A program made the position numbers and the translations under genes. DNA of 64,000 nt, taken from positions 7,440,001 to 7,504,000 of the forward strand of contig CM106585.1 in NCBI GenBank assembly GCA_048013815.1. The letters run 5' to 3'. This stretch comes from Setoptus koraiensis (lineage: Eukaryota > Animalia > Arthropoda). Below, in pieces: positions 37,073 through 49,458 of the stretch (the first letter of the stretch is position 1; each line of letters starts with the position of its first letter). The notes beneath the pieces were generated by a model, which ran no database searches, had not been told where the DNA came from, and saw only the letters and a program-made list of their open reading frames with translations.

Positions 37073-38416
37073 ATGACCACTAAAATGGTTTCTCATGCAG
37101 CAGCAAATTTAACCAGTGAATTTTCGTCTGACGATGAGGTCGAGGTAACACACAGGAAAACAACCACTTCATCACAACAACAGCCCTTAATTATCAACAT
37201 TGATGTGCTGGGCGATGTCAACCCAAGCTCATTGGATCTAAATGATGAACAGATTCTGGAAATGTTGGATAGGTTCGAAATTAGTCATGGGCCAGTTGTT
37301 GAGTCAACCAGAAACCTCTACAAGCGAGTACTTATCAAGCATCTCAAGGAACAACAACAGCAGGCCAAACATAACACTGATGCCAATCAACAACAACACA
37401 ATTATCACCGCCACACCCACCCACAATCATCACAACCAGAGGTTGCTCAATCCTCTACTACAGGACAGCTGACGCAACAAAGACAACAACAACCCGCGGC
37501 TGAGGTGTACAGTAGTGACGAAGATGATATTGTTTACGATAGTAGATCATCGGCCCCAAACAATGAGCAATCTGGCAGTGCAGTGGTCGGAGTATCAGAT
37601 CAGGCATCATCACAGACAAAACAAAAGCCCAAGATCAATTTGCTGACACGACAAACAGATAGAGATCTAAAGTCGTGGGCTGATTCGCAACTTAGGAGAG
37701 CTGAATTATTGAAAAAGTCCAATCAAATCACCCAACTAGCTAATGATGCACTCATGGAACTAGATTTGGAACCGTATAAGAATGCTACTGAAGATAACGA
37801 TGAAACAGAGGAATCCACCGATGAAGAGGACGACGAAGAAGATGATTATGATGAGACAGAAGATGAGGGATGGAACGAGCTAGACGAAGACGAGATGGAT
37901 GTAGATCATGTCGATCATGTTGACAATAATAAAGAGGCCAAAAACAGTAAAGAATCTACTGCTGGCCGCAAACAAACTATTAAGACTGATGCCTCGTCGA
38001 AGACGCCAGCAAAGTCTGGTATTAGCGGCAGCTCTAATAATGATGCGGACAAACCAAGGTCTAGAGTGAAAATAACACCTATGCGCCCAATCGCAGCGAA
38101 ACAACAGGCACCCTCGCAGCAGACTCCGGCAACTAGCACTACTGCTGTAGTTGCAACAAAGAAACCATTTACTAGAAGTCAAAGAGCCGCAGCATCATCC
38201 GCTACTTCAACTACTAAGTCCTCCAGTACCACTAACAACTCCGACTCGGTGGCTAACACTACTAAAAAGTCTTCTCGTATCTTCAATTACAAAAATGTAC
38301 TCACAGTATTGCTTGTTGCTATGATTGCCATCTTTTTGGCGTATTATTTTAGAACTCGCTTGGCCAAATCAGCCGGACGATTACCAGCAATCAACTTTAA
38401 AAATTTTCATGTCTAA
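37073..38416 (+). CDS. LEM-domain inner nuclear membrane protein (emerin/LAP2/otefin-like), intronless
   Basis: LNDEQILEMLDRFEISHGPVVESTRNLYKRVL fits the LEM motif; acidic/low-complexity middle; C-terminal TM VLTVLLVAMIAIFLAYYF. Confidence 0.9.
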   Translation: MTTKMVSHAAANLTSEFSSDDEVEVTHRKTTTSSQQQPLIINIDVLGDVNPSSLDLNDEQILEMLDRFEISHGPVVESTRNLYKRVLIKHLKEQQQQAKHNTDANQQQHNYHRHTHPQSSQPEVAQSSTTGQLTQQRQQQPAAEVYSSDEDDIVYDSRSSAPNNEQSGSAVVGVSDQASSQTKQKPKINLLTRQTDRDLKSWADSQLRRAELLKKSNQITQLANDALMELDLEPYKNATEDNDETEESTDEEDDEEDDYDETEDEGWNELDEDEMDVDHVDHVDNNKEAKNSKESTAGRKQTIKTDASSKTPAKSGISGSSNNDADKPRSRVKITPMRPIAAKQQAPSQQTPATSTTAVVATKKPFTRSQRAAASSATSTTKSSSTTNNSDSVANTTKKSSRIFNYKNVLTVLLVAMIAIFLAYYFRTRLAKSAGRLPAINFKNFHV

Positions 38417-39161
38417 CTGTATTTTGAAATGATAGATAATTCTTCACATACAGCATCAAACCATTTGCTTACCATATACATCAACAACAGCACACAAATT
38501 GTTCCACCATCGGCATCACCTTAAACTCTTATTAGAATTACTTAGTAATAATGTGTGTCAACAATAATCATCAAAATCACCACCTTCATTAATATCAATC
38601 GAATTATATGCATCATCATCACGAATGTCTGAGCATCAATCATGCATTATATTGTATTTATACAAATGAACACATATCGATCTTTCTTTCATAATCTTTA
38701 ATCATGACAATCCGGCATGTCTCTCTCTTTTTTTCGGACATCCTGTTCTTTGATACCCTGTTTTGACATAATCCAGAGCTATCATTTGGAGGTTCGCTAA
38801 TGCTGCGCCAACAGAGGCTCATATGAATCTTTTGTTTTTAATTATACAGGCACATGATGAGGTTTTTAAAGGTCATGATAATTGAAGATTATTGTCTAAA
38901 AATAGAAAGGAAATACTTTTCTCTCCATTTGAGCGACTCTAACTAGAGTCGAAGAACTAAGCAAACAATCCAGGTTATACTGGTAATAATAGCTAACTCA
39001 GGAATGTATTGTTCGATTTGGTGATAATTCAAATGCGATACTCAAATCGACGTCAAGAGTTTTATCATCAATTTATTCCACAATTAGTTCTAGCGAATTC
39101 AGCGTCACAACATGCAATGCATTTTGATATTGACGATTTCGTGTACAACTAGTTGATCGTC

Positions 39162-39194
<33 letters not shown>

Positions 39195-39897
39195 GTGTGT
39201 GTATATATACCATGCAACACCGATAAATGAACACATTGCATTTGCTACTAAACAGCCTGATATAATCTTGACTTTTCTGTAATTAATATTTCCTCGTTGC
39301 ATCCTCTCTCCGCCTCTCCTTGATTTTGGAAAATGCGCACCGATGAGTTATCTCGGCTGGAATCTTCCCAAACTTGACATGAATTGCCCTACGTGAAGTT
39401 GCCCACCGTCATTGTTGCAATTGTACTTTTGCATCTCCAACCCACACTGGGGATCGTTTTAGATGCTTGACCACTTTGAACCTGTAATATCTATTTGTTT
39501 GCAATGTGTCCGATACGAATTGTTTGTCTCGTCCATCAGATAGATTGGATTCAGCGAGCCCAATTATAGACCAGAAGTGTGCAGTGATAGTTCATTTATT
39601 TAAGATCTTACAATGATAGTTAAATTGGCGGTAACAACAAGGGTAATTGATCAACTGATTCTTATCTCGCGTATATCGACTAACTGATTTGAAGATTATC
39701 TCAGGTGTACATTATAAAATATTCAAAGTCTCAGTTATGCATGCACAGTAACAGATTATTAGATCGTAGGGCTCCATATATTGTCGTTTAAACAAGTATT
39801 CAATGCATACTCAACTTAACGGAATCAGTATAGCAGTATGCATCAGTGTCGCACACAGACTTGATGATAAGTGAATCTAAATGTTACTCATTTGCTA

Positions 39898-40599
39898 TTA
39901 ACCAAACTTCTTGAATAAATCAATGTTGTGTTGCATTCGAAGGCGATTCTCATCCAACACTCCCTTTGCTAACTCGACAGCTAGCAATTCTCGCAATAAA
40001 TCCACAGGGGTTGCCACACTCAGTTGAGGCATATTAACCGAACTAACAGTATTTTCCACCGATCTTTTTAAATTCGTTGATGATTTGTCGCTTTGTCGCT
40101 TAGTAGCTGACTTGCGGCAAATTCTTCGGCCACTCATAAACAACGGCTTGTTTGTTTCGTATGTGTCTGTCATTTTATTGTAGTCGTCATTGCAGTCGCT
40201 AGAGCTGTTAATCAAGCTGATTAGATTGCTCTGGATGTCAGAGTCTTGAGTTGTTGGTTGCTCATGATGATGTAATTGTCGATTTGTCTTGTTTGATTGT
40301 CGGTTTGAATCTGGTTTCAATGATTCATCGGGCTCAACTGGGATGCATGGCGACACATTTGCAGTTTTGTATGGTGCACCTCTCGATAATATCAAATCAA
40401 CCAACTTCTCTCTGTATCTCGACGCATTGGCTCCCAACAAGCATAGTGATTTGTTCGTTTGGTCAGTTTGATGATTTGTTGAAGTAGATGCGCCATCGTT
40501 TTGAGTAAATGATGCGAATACAATTGTACGCGTAGATAAGATGTACAAGAGCGACAAACTGACGTAAATACGTAACATCTTGCGCTGTAGCACAATCAT
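39898..40599 (-). CDS. Dh44: CRF-like diuretic hormone (DH44-type) precursor
   Basis: Signal peptide; KR then ...PQLSVATPVDLLRELLAVELAK...ENRLRMQHNIDLFKKF-G-stop, matching the P-x-L-S-x-x-x-P-x-D-x-L-R CRF/DH44 motif with an amidation Gly. Confidence 0.85.
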   Translation of the reverse strand: MIVLQRKMLRIYVSLSLLYILSTRTIVFASFTQNDGASTSTNHQTDQTNKSLCLLGANASRYREKLVDLILSRGAPYKTANVSPCIPVEPDESLKPDSNRQSNKTNRQLHHHEQPTTQDSDIQSNLISLINSSSDCNDDYNKMTDTYETNKPLFMSGRRICRKSATKRQSDKSSTNLKRSVENTVSSVNMPQLSVATPVDLLRELLAVELAKGVLDENRLRMQHNIDLFKKFG

Positions 40600-42559
40600 T
40601 ATGTTGAAAGCTCCTAAACTTGTAAGTGATAATTAGTTAGTCTTTTGTAATTACTCTACTGCTTAATTTACTATCTGGCGAACAAACACTATTAAATCTT
40701 TGAATAACAAAGTATTGTTATCGCGCGATATTGTTGTTCTAACTAATGTTGTTATTGTTACTGGTAAGACACAATAAATATCTCGCTAATATCTAGTACC
40801 ATCTAGTCAAATTGTGTTGCAACGACGACGAACATGAAACATATAGACGAAAAGATAAAGAGTGAGAGTTGATCGTATATTAACAAGATCTGACAGATAT
40901 CATGGATCCATTACGCACATAGAGAGTTCTCCTATCTATACTAAAGCCACAAATAGCTTCAATATGCCACCATCAGCTTGTATCCGGTCTACGAGGATCT
41001 AGGTTACCGCACACACATAGAACAAGTAAAACTGATTGATTGAATTAGGCAGTTTGATTTTGTATGTATGACTCGTGATATGGATTGATCTAGAAGAAAT
41101 TCATCAAGTATCTCAGATTAATAAGTTACAAGATAACGTTAATCTCGTTAGCTGAAACGCAGATAAATATATACAGATCTAACGTGTTGATCGACAGTCG
41201 TCACTTTAATCATGCTCCCAACTATTCACGAGGGTTTGCCAATCCGACAAGCTAATCAAGGCCTCTGCTCAGCTCAGCTTGGCTAAATGATTTCCGTAGT
41301 CCAGACTCGATACAGCTGAAAAGAAGAGAAACGGAATGCGAGCGATGAAGAAGAATCCAATTGATATATCATCTATCTATTTACGACTCGGTGTTGTTTT
41401 TATTCTGTCCGCTTCCTGTGCAAGCTAACTAACTAACTAAAATCGTTATAGTATGATGAGGTTTTTTTCTTGATCAAGGTCAGGCACAACAACATATGCT
41501 GACCAAATAGAATAGATACATGTCGACTGCCTCAACAAATGGGCTTGCATAGGCTTTATTTGTTCTTAGTTTCTTCTACAACATTTCTAACATTGATAGT
41601 TGTATGAACTCCAAGTCTGACCATATTGTCATAAATTTACTTTTACTTAGTAACAACTTTTATCTTTTCATTGTTTGTTGTTCTTCCGATCCGGATCCTC
41701 CCTAAACGGATTTTGTACGGATAATCCGCGGACTTGGACCTGGATCGCACACCTCTAATCTGCAGCGGATTATTATCTGCTTTGCAGAATGATCATCCTG
41801 CACCTACTCTTCTCTGCTGCTCGTGACAAATTTTTACCAACACTAGATAGAGGACGCAAGTCACTTAAATGCAAATGAGTGAAACATTGGCGTGATGGAA
41901 CTTCTCGGACGCCCAGAACGCGTTAAGTTAAACGCGCATAAAGTTTAATGATCATTGTTATTTTCAATTGTTAAGTAAGTTGTTCAAATTTTGTAGAGAT
42001 TTCACCAAATAAGATTGATGTCTATTATGAATTTCAGTCAACATTGTAATTTATGAGAGAAGTGATATTGGTATGCACACTGGTAAAGGCCAAAGGTCTT
42101 GAGGAATCCGAATTGTACCTAAGAGCCTCCTTTGTTAGTAAACCAGTCGTCCGAGGCCTGCAGATTCGATCTAGAACGAGGCACCGTCTATGGCAAGATC
42201 GATAACTATCATTTGGAATTGATGGAAATTCATGACAAGTGTCCTGAGATAATTATTATTAGTTAACAGATAATAACAGTTACTTACTGTTGATTTGACA
42301 CCAATCAGTGCAAAGGTCAAACTTGATCCATTTATCATTAAGCGAAAAGTAAGCTCAGTAATCCATAGCAATCTAGACCTAAGATCATAGTAGTATCTAT
42401 TCTTTCCTTTCAACACTGCGAACAACTCTCGACACATAGAACATTCCTCATAGACTAACATTACGGATCTGTTTATTCCTTCCCAAGTCATTATTGGTTA
42501 TTTTTTGGTTAGGAATTATCCTCAAGATCGCGATAATTCTTTTCATCTACATCCAATGA

Positions 42560-43200
42560 CAAAGATACCCATGTCGCTGGTTATCGCCATGATCGGTATC
42601 TTTGAGGCAGCTCGATAATCACATCCAAGAAGGCCAGAGCATCAACGATGAGCCAAGCGGCGGAAATCATCAGACAGGCGCGAGTTGTTGTACGACGGGC
42701 ACGAAGGGGCAAAGGTTTTGGGACAGAAAAGAAACTGTCGAATGAGATTATCAGCATGCTGAGGACGGCAGCATTTGAATTGAAATAGTCGGAGGCGAGG
42801 CAAGTATCGCACATAAAGGCACCCGTTTAGTTTGCGGCGGGCATAGGATTAATTGGTGATACAGAGAGGTGTAATTGGGTAAAAATAGTAAATCGATGTC
42901 TTTAGATGGCAATTGAAAATTGAAAGTATTCAGTTAGCATTTCAACTTACGAGATGAAGACCGCTATTCGCCGAACTCATTGGAAAGTAGCGATCACTGA
43001 TCTTGTTTCAAATCCGATACAACTATCCTATTTTACAGTCAACAGACAGATAGACAGTGCGAGGACGCCATACACTATATAATTGAGTTGGCGATGCAAT
43101 GATACCTGATGATGATCGTCGGTGCGAACCTATTGCTTCGAAGTAATATCCAGCGGATATGTGACAAGAGGCGGAACGTCGTTACCTCGAAAATCGCGCA
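42560..43200 (-). pseudogene. mAChR-A: Muscarinic acetylcholine receptor (A-type) pseudogene fragment, TM1-TM4
   Basis: CDTCLASDYFNSNAAVLSMLIISFDSFFSVPKPLPLRARRTTTRACLMISAAW matches TM3-TM4 (DRY>DSF). Frameshifted LWPSW follows. TM1/ICL1 relic at ~42980-43100 has stops. A GTAAGT donor is retained at ~42950. Confidence 0.8.
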
Positions 43201-43532
43201 AATTATAAGACAACGATAGATTGCACTGAAATAAAATTTTGTGGAGTCTGTCATCTATTGTAGCTACTGTTTTTGCTTTACCCAAAATAGGATACAATTG
43301 TAATTGAAGGTGGATAGTGAATAATTCTTACTGACATCTACTGTTATGGAATCGGCTCAAAATAGCTTTTGGATTGCGATATTGATCCTATACGATTTTC
43401 TCTGAAAATTTTCACAACTCCTTCATGAAAAGTCCTTATAGAAACCATTGTCGTTTGAGAGAAAGCACTACATCAATAATTAATAACCTAATTGAATCAG
43501 TCTATTAGATTATTAAATTTTAATACGGAATA

Positions 43533-44297
43533 ATGAATTCAATCAATATTGCCTGTATCGCTGCTGCTGCAGTTATAATAATCATGAGCCATTCCTCCTT
43601 AGTTATCAGCGATAGCAAAATTTTTCCGGAGCAAGTAAAAATGATGAATGATGAAATTGAATCATGGTACAAGGAAGAGGAAACCTTCAGGTCACGTGCC
43701 AACCATGCTCTTCGCTTGGATAACGAAGCTCGTCGTCAGAGTATAAAATATCATTGGCCTGGACCAATAATGAACGTTCTGCAAGTGGCCACCGGAGTTT
43801 CGTTATCGAGCAGAATTGATAGAGCAAGCGTAGCCCGTATTATTGCCGGTTTGAAACATCACGACAGATCAGTGCAACAAGAGTTTTTGAGTAATCTTGA
43901 AAGACATCTGGCAACAAAATTCAATTGGAAAGATCAACAAAGCGGAGCAAGAAAGAGAAATATTTTCATCAATGAACGGGATAGATTGTGTGCACCACAC
44001 AGGCCAAAAGTTAAGGGGTATTTCAATTACGGAGAGTCTATCAATATACTTCGCAATTTAAAGCAGAGGGAAGAAATCGATGATGAGGAATTCTTCAAAC
44101 TTGTCGTTTATGCAAAGGAACCTATCGCGCTGCTATATTCTGCTGGAATAATCTGTGCGATATATTATCATGATATAACAAATAAAGTGGATGGACCTGG
44201 CATCACATTCGATATGTCAGACAATAGTAAAAGTGAAGTTGACGAATGGCCCTTCCCACCGTGGCGCTTTGACTGGCAGACTTGGGATAAACTCTGA
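43533..44297 (+). CDS. Hypothetical secreted protein, 254 aa, no family recognised
   Basis: Long ATG-initiated ORF in AT-rich DNA, N-terminal hydrophobic signal-like stretch, ordinary protein composition. Confidence 0.7.
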   Translation: MNSINIACIAAAAVIIIMSHSSLVISDSKIFPEQVKMMNDEIESWYKEEETFRSRANHALRLDNEARRQSIKYHWPGPIMNVLQVATGVSLSSRIDRASVARIIAGLKHHDRSVQQEFLSNLERHLATKFNWKDQQSGARKRNIFINERDRLCAPHRPKVKGYFNYGESINILRNLKQREEIDDEEFFKLVVYAKEPIALLYSAGIICAIYYHDITNKVDGPGITFDMSDNSKSEVDEWPFPPWRFDWQTWDKL

Positions 44298-44832
44298 TTC
44301 TAACATTACGATCGGAGGATTACCTGGTAAAATCGGATCAGAATAGTGACTTATCCTGGCGACCTTGATAGTAATCGTTTGCAATGTCGAGAGACTGAAT
44401 AAATCATGTATTTCTAGCGAGAATTCTGTATCATGTTGCTCCCTCGTTAATGCATGAGAGGGGTGTAAGGTGGGAAGAGACTGATCGAGAAAGCATTTTT
44501 CTGATTTCCGAAAGAGGTTCTTGAGAACAGGATTCGGGTGTTCTTCGGAATACGTACCGAGCCCGATTTCCTTCAAACTCAACAGAGGGGCCCCGGAGTG
44601 GCCCCAAAGAACAATTAAAGTGGTCCGGAAGTGCGAAAATTTCGGTTATAGTCCCGAAGAGCGCCACACTTTTTTCGGGGTATTTTGGGTATTTTTGGGT
44701 AGGCTATTGTACCCTGATACCGCAATAGGTATCCCAGAAGTGCGGAAATTCGGGTGTAGTAGCGAACAACGACCAAGCCCGACCAAGCCCCAACTCCAGA
44801 CAAGGGCCCCGAAGGGGCCCCAGAAAACATTC

Positions 44833-46001
44833 GGTTATTGTATCTAACACGTACCACGCCCAATTTGGGTATTTTTGGTATTTTTGGGTAGGGTATTGTA
44901 CCCTGATACCCGAACGGGTATTCCGGAAGTGCGGAAATTCTTCGTTACCGAGATACCCGAGGTACCGCATTGTGGGTATTTTAGGGTATTTGAGGGTATA
45001 TTGACGGTACAATCGGTCGTACCCACCCGCACGGACATCGGGTAGGGTACTGAGGTCTCCACACCGAGGGTAGATCATTCCTATGAGCCACAGGAAATGA
45101 ATAAAAGCGGTCAAACTGAAGAGGATAAGACTGTGTGCCACAAACATGAGTTCGTAGCCGATGACGGGACGCATACCCAGAGGATCGAATCAGCCTGGAG
45201 GGCACTTCGGCGGAAATTCAGTTCAGGCGGGATCAAGATCGACGACATTAGCCAGCACATGACCGAATACATGTTGCGCTGCCAATGTATACGCACAGGA
45301 ATTGATCCGTTCGTGGCACTAATAGATCTGATGAAGAACAATAATCAATAAAGGGTATACCCCCATATTTTAACGGTTGATCGATCATAGAGGCGCTGGA
45401 TCATCGACGGGATTCTGAGCACGCACTGCGGGGCTGCGCCGCGGCACCGAGGTGTGCGGGTAGGCCTTCGGCCTACCCGCATAGGCCGGCCTACCGTCCA
45501 CGCCGTCGGCCTTCGGCCGACGGCGGGACGATTGACGGCCTGCCTCGTGACGGCCCTACGGGCCGTCCCGCATCCCGGGAAAGGATTGTTTCCCGTGGGC
45601 TGGGGGTCGAGTGGGCGGGGCCCGCGATCGGGCCGGGTTCCGTTCGACCTCGTTTTCAAGTTGCAAGCTTGGACAAACAAATATGCCAAACAGAGTACCC
45701 GATTCGCGTTGATTCTCGGACCGGAAGTGCTAGATATGGAAAACAACGAATATCTCAAGATCGGGTTGTTGAATTTCGTTTTTTCTGCTGTCATCACTAA
45801 TAGTGAATTGTAAGCTGTGTGATCATACCAAAATTTATGGTCTAGAACCCTTGTGAGGCCGATAAAACTGATTTTTCGATATCTCCGGAAGTAAAAATTT
45901 CCGCACTTCCGGACTATCATATTTGTATTTGGGGGCCCCTTCGGGGCCCCTTTGTGAAGTTTCGTTGGAATCGGGCTTGGTACGTGTTAGATACAACACC
46001 C
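44833..46001 (+). mobile_element. Merlin internal-deletion derivative with transposase remnant
   Basis: TIRs GGkTrTTGTATCTAACACGTACCA; flanks AAACATTC / AAATATTA are not a clean TSD. Confidence 0.85.
45097..45351 (+). pseudogene. Merlin / ISXO2-like (IS1595 family) transposase C-terminal remnant
   Basis: TVCHKHEFV..DGTHTQRIESAWRALRRK....GG......HMTEYMLR matches the HTQxIESxW motif around the catalytic Glu. Confidence 0.85.
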
Positions 46002-46189
46002 AAATATTACGACGCTGCAAGACACATAATGAGTGAGCGATGCGACAGTTACGATGATATTACCGTAGGATATTACTGTAGTTTGCCTGTATTTTCCTCT
46101 GTTTTTTAGCCCTACATTGACCACAATCTCGCAATCTGACCGAGTGGTTGCGAGCTAAGCTCACACAACAACCAACATCGCACAATTTC

Positions 46190-46906
46190 CATTACAGGTC
46201 AGCTCAGCCGAAGTTAGAAGTTCGAATTGTCACCACCGAACTCTGACCAGCGGACTTCGACGAAGCAGCTGAAACTCCTATTAGAAAATCGAATTTTCTA
46301 TTTCGAATTGCGAAGTTCGAAATGTGACCACCGAACTTCGAATTGTAACCGTCGAACTGCGAACATTGAACCACGACCATCGACGGAGCAGATGAAACTA
46401 TCATCAGGAAGTCGAATTTTCAATTTCGAATTTCGAAGTTCAACTTGTGACCATCGAACTCTGACCACCGAACTCTGACCATCAAACTTCGGCAGAGCAG
46501 ATGAAACTAACATCAGGAAATCAAATTTTCAATTTCGAATTTCGAAGTTCGAATTGTCACCACCGAACTTTGACCATGGAACTAAGTACACTGAACCACT
46601 AACTTTGAACTAGCAGCTGAACCTCCTATTAGAAATTCGAATTTTCAATTTCGAATTTAGATTTGTCACCACCGAACCCCTCACCAATTTGACCTAGTCA
46701 AATCTCCATTGGATTGCATACGCAATATTTTCGAGTGAAGCGATAATAGACCAAGTCGAATCTACATAGGAATACATGTGTAATGTCTAGCAGGATTCTC
46801 ACAAATTTGACTAAGTCAAACATCCATAGGATTACATAGTCACGTGAATAAACGTATCCATCATCACTACCCCAGTAGCTGCTTAATTAAAATTAAGCGC
46901 TAAAAA
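46190..46906 (-). mobile_element. HINE 5' portion
   Basis: TCGA-rich array plus 5' end at ~46880-46906, like 30860-31082. Confidence 0.75.
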
Positions 46907-47626
46907 CTGAAAAAGGCGATGTACGGTTTGCGCCAAGCGCCACTAATGTGGAAGAATAGGCTTGACGCTCTACTGCTTGACCTTGGGGTGAGACCGATCG
47001 AGACTGATCCCTGCGTGTACAGGGGCACCTTCAGTGAAAAACCTCCGTACCTAACTACCTACGTGGATGATGGTATGATAGCCTGTGAAGACAGGCAGAC
47101 TGAGTTAGATTTGATCGCCGAACTAAACAAACACATAGAAATCAAGATTGTCATGTCAAGAAAAATTGTAGGTCTGGAATACAATGATATCGAAAATGGA
47201 ATCGCATTAAATCAGATTGGCTACATACAGTCAGAGCTGACCAAGTACAGAATGCTGAACTGTGGACACGTGAAGACGCCCACCTACGACATTGACGCCC
47301 TGCTCAATGCAAACAACGATGAAGAGCGCTCTGACCAAACTTACCGTCGACTACTAGGCTGCTTGAACTACATAGCCTGCGTCAGCCGACCTGACATATC
47401 GTTTGCCGTCAGTGTCCCATCAAGATTCGATTGCGCACCTTACAAGAGACACTGGGTGGCGGCCAAAAACTTACTGGCCTACCTGAAGGGAACTATGAAC
47501 TGCAGCATCAAATACTACAAGGGGGAAAAACTGCACTTGTCAGTGTACTCTGATGCTGACTGGGGGTCAGACTGCATCACCAGAAAGTCAATTAGAGGCC
47601 TGATAATGTATTTAGGCTATATCTAA
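46907..47626 (+). pseudogene. Ty1/copia RT to RNase H fragment
   Basis: LKKAMYGLRQAP, DPCVY, YVDD, SRPDISFAV, YSDADWG...RKS. Confidence 0.92.
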
Positions 47627-47699
47627 CGATTGAGGTGACGCAGAGAGTGAGTTTCCACTCTACTTCAGAATCGATATAAAATCAAGACAACTGTGCAAA

Positions 47700-47870
47700 G
47701 ACAATTGTTTTGAGGCCCCTCTGAGGCCCAAAATTCAGGTTTTTTCTTATCTCCGGAAGTAGGCTTTTCCGCACTTCTGGACTATCAAGAACGTCTTCAT
47801 AAGCCAATTCTGAGCCCACGTGTCAAGTTTCATGGAAGTCGAGCTTGACTCCTAATCAACAGAGCACCCG
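47700..47870. mobile_element. Merlin-type MITE right arm
   Basis: CCGGAAGT/CACTTC motifs; end reads GGGTGCTCTGTTGATTAGG on minus. Confidence 0.6.
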
Positions 47871-47877
47871 ATCCGCC

Positions 47878-49458
47878 TTTTTAGCGCTTAATTTTAATTA
47901 AGGGCTTATGATGTAGTGCTGTGGGATCCTGGAAATCACGCATGAATATCCACGCACGGTATGATGGTGGATACTTAATTCGTGCATTTCATAGGATATT
48001 CACCAATTGTGCTATGGTGATTCACGCGCTGTGTGCTTGTGAATACTCCGACTTTGTATGCCAGTGAATATCCACGTACCGATTTATTTGTGGATATTCA
48101 CAGTTTTCGATCTTTAGAGTCACGCGCTGTGTGCTTGCAAACATTAGCACTAGCATAATCAGTGCTTAGTGAGTGTGTAGGCTTAGATATGCTTGGGAGG
48201 TGGAAGGTCCACTCAAGTTCGTACACCTCCCAAACACACATTTACTAGGGAGGTGGATTGAATTTCGAGTCTCGGGCTCATGTCTCGAAACTCCCCAGAG
48301 ACAGCTAGCACTGTTCCATACACGATCTGTGCAAGTCTAATCAATTTTCTATTTCTAGTATTGGCGCTATAGGCCATTATTGAGAACATGTGCCTATACA
48401 GTATGTGTGATTTTCGATACTGTTCTCACCAGGATAAATTCTTGAAACTTTCTAGAGACAGCAATCATTGTGTCATACACAATCTGTGCGAGCCTAATCA
48501 ATTTTCTGTTTTTAGTATTAGCGCTATAGGCCATTGTTGAGAACATGTGCCTATACAGTATGTGTGATTTTCGATACTGTTCTCACCAGGATGAATTCTT
48601 GAAACTTTCTAGAGACAGTTAGCACCTATCACTACTTAATAAGCTTGAAAGTAGACTCGAAAGTTCGTCCACCTCGCAAACATACATTTACTAGGGAGGT
48701 GGATTGAATTTTAAGTCTCGGGCTCATGCAGAGGTTAATGTATAGTGGGGAATTGGATCGATGCTATAACGAGATAGGTTTAGCTATTTCAAATAGCGTG
48801 GAGTGGAAACTTAAGTCACTCAACCTTCCTAGCACACGGTTTCTGAACATGTTCCCACCTATCCGTTTTGATGATACTTTGTGTGTGTGTGTTGTGCATG
48901 TTGCTCGCAACATTCTGTGCAAGTATGATCAGAAATCAATCGGTCGATTTCGAGACAGAGAGAAATTTCGGATGACGGATGTCATGTATAGTCATCGATT
49001 TCTGAACATGTTCCACCTATCCGTTTCGATGATATTCAGTCAACTCATAATCAATTTTCTGTCTCTAGTATTGGCGCTATTGGCCATTCCGGATCAGGTG
49101 AGCTCATACTATGTATATGATATCTGATCAGGTATGCCCATATATCACGTGGTATGTTTGAAACTGTTCTCATCCGGATAAATTCCCGAAGCTTCCTTGA
49201 GACATCTAGCACTGTCTAATACACGATATATGCAAGTTTAATCAATTTTCTGTTCCTAGTATTGGCGCTATAGGCCATTATTGAGAACATGTGCCTATAC
49301 AGTATGTGTGATTTTCGATACTGTTCTCACCAGGATGAATTCTTGAAACTTTCTAGCGACAGCTAGCACTTATCACTACTTAATAAACTGTCCAAACCTC
49401 TAAGATCGTTCACTAGTAAAATTAAGCGCTCTTATACTGGTATAATCAGTATAACTTG
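47878..49458 (+). mobile_element. HINE, complete, third subfamily
   Basis: Both ends present; internal ~140-bp tandem units (GAGACAGCTAGCAC...CTAGTATTGGCGCTATAGGCC). Confidence 0.85.

Noticed and set aside
48726-49127. 133-aa ORF and the similar 19237-19629 ORF
   Set aside because: Composed largely of HINE internal repeat units; frames are not conserved between copies.
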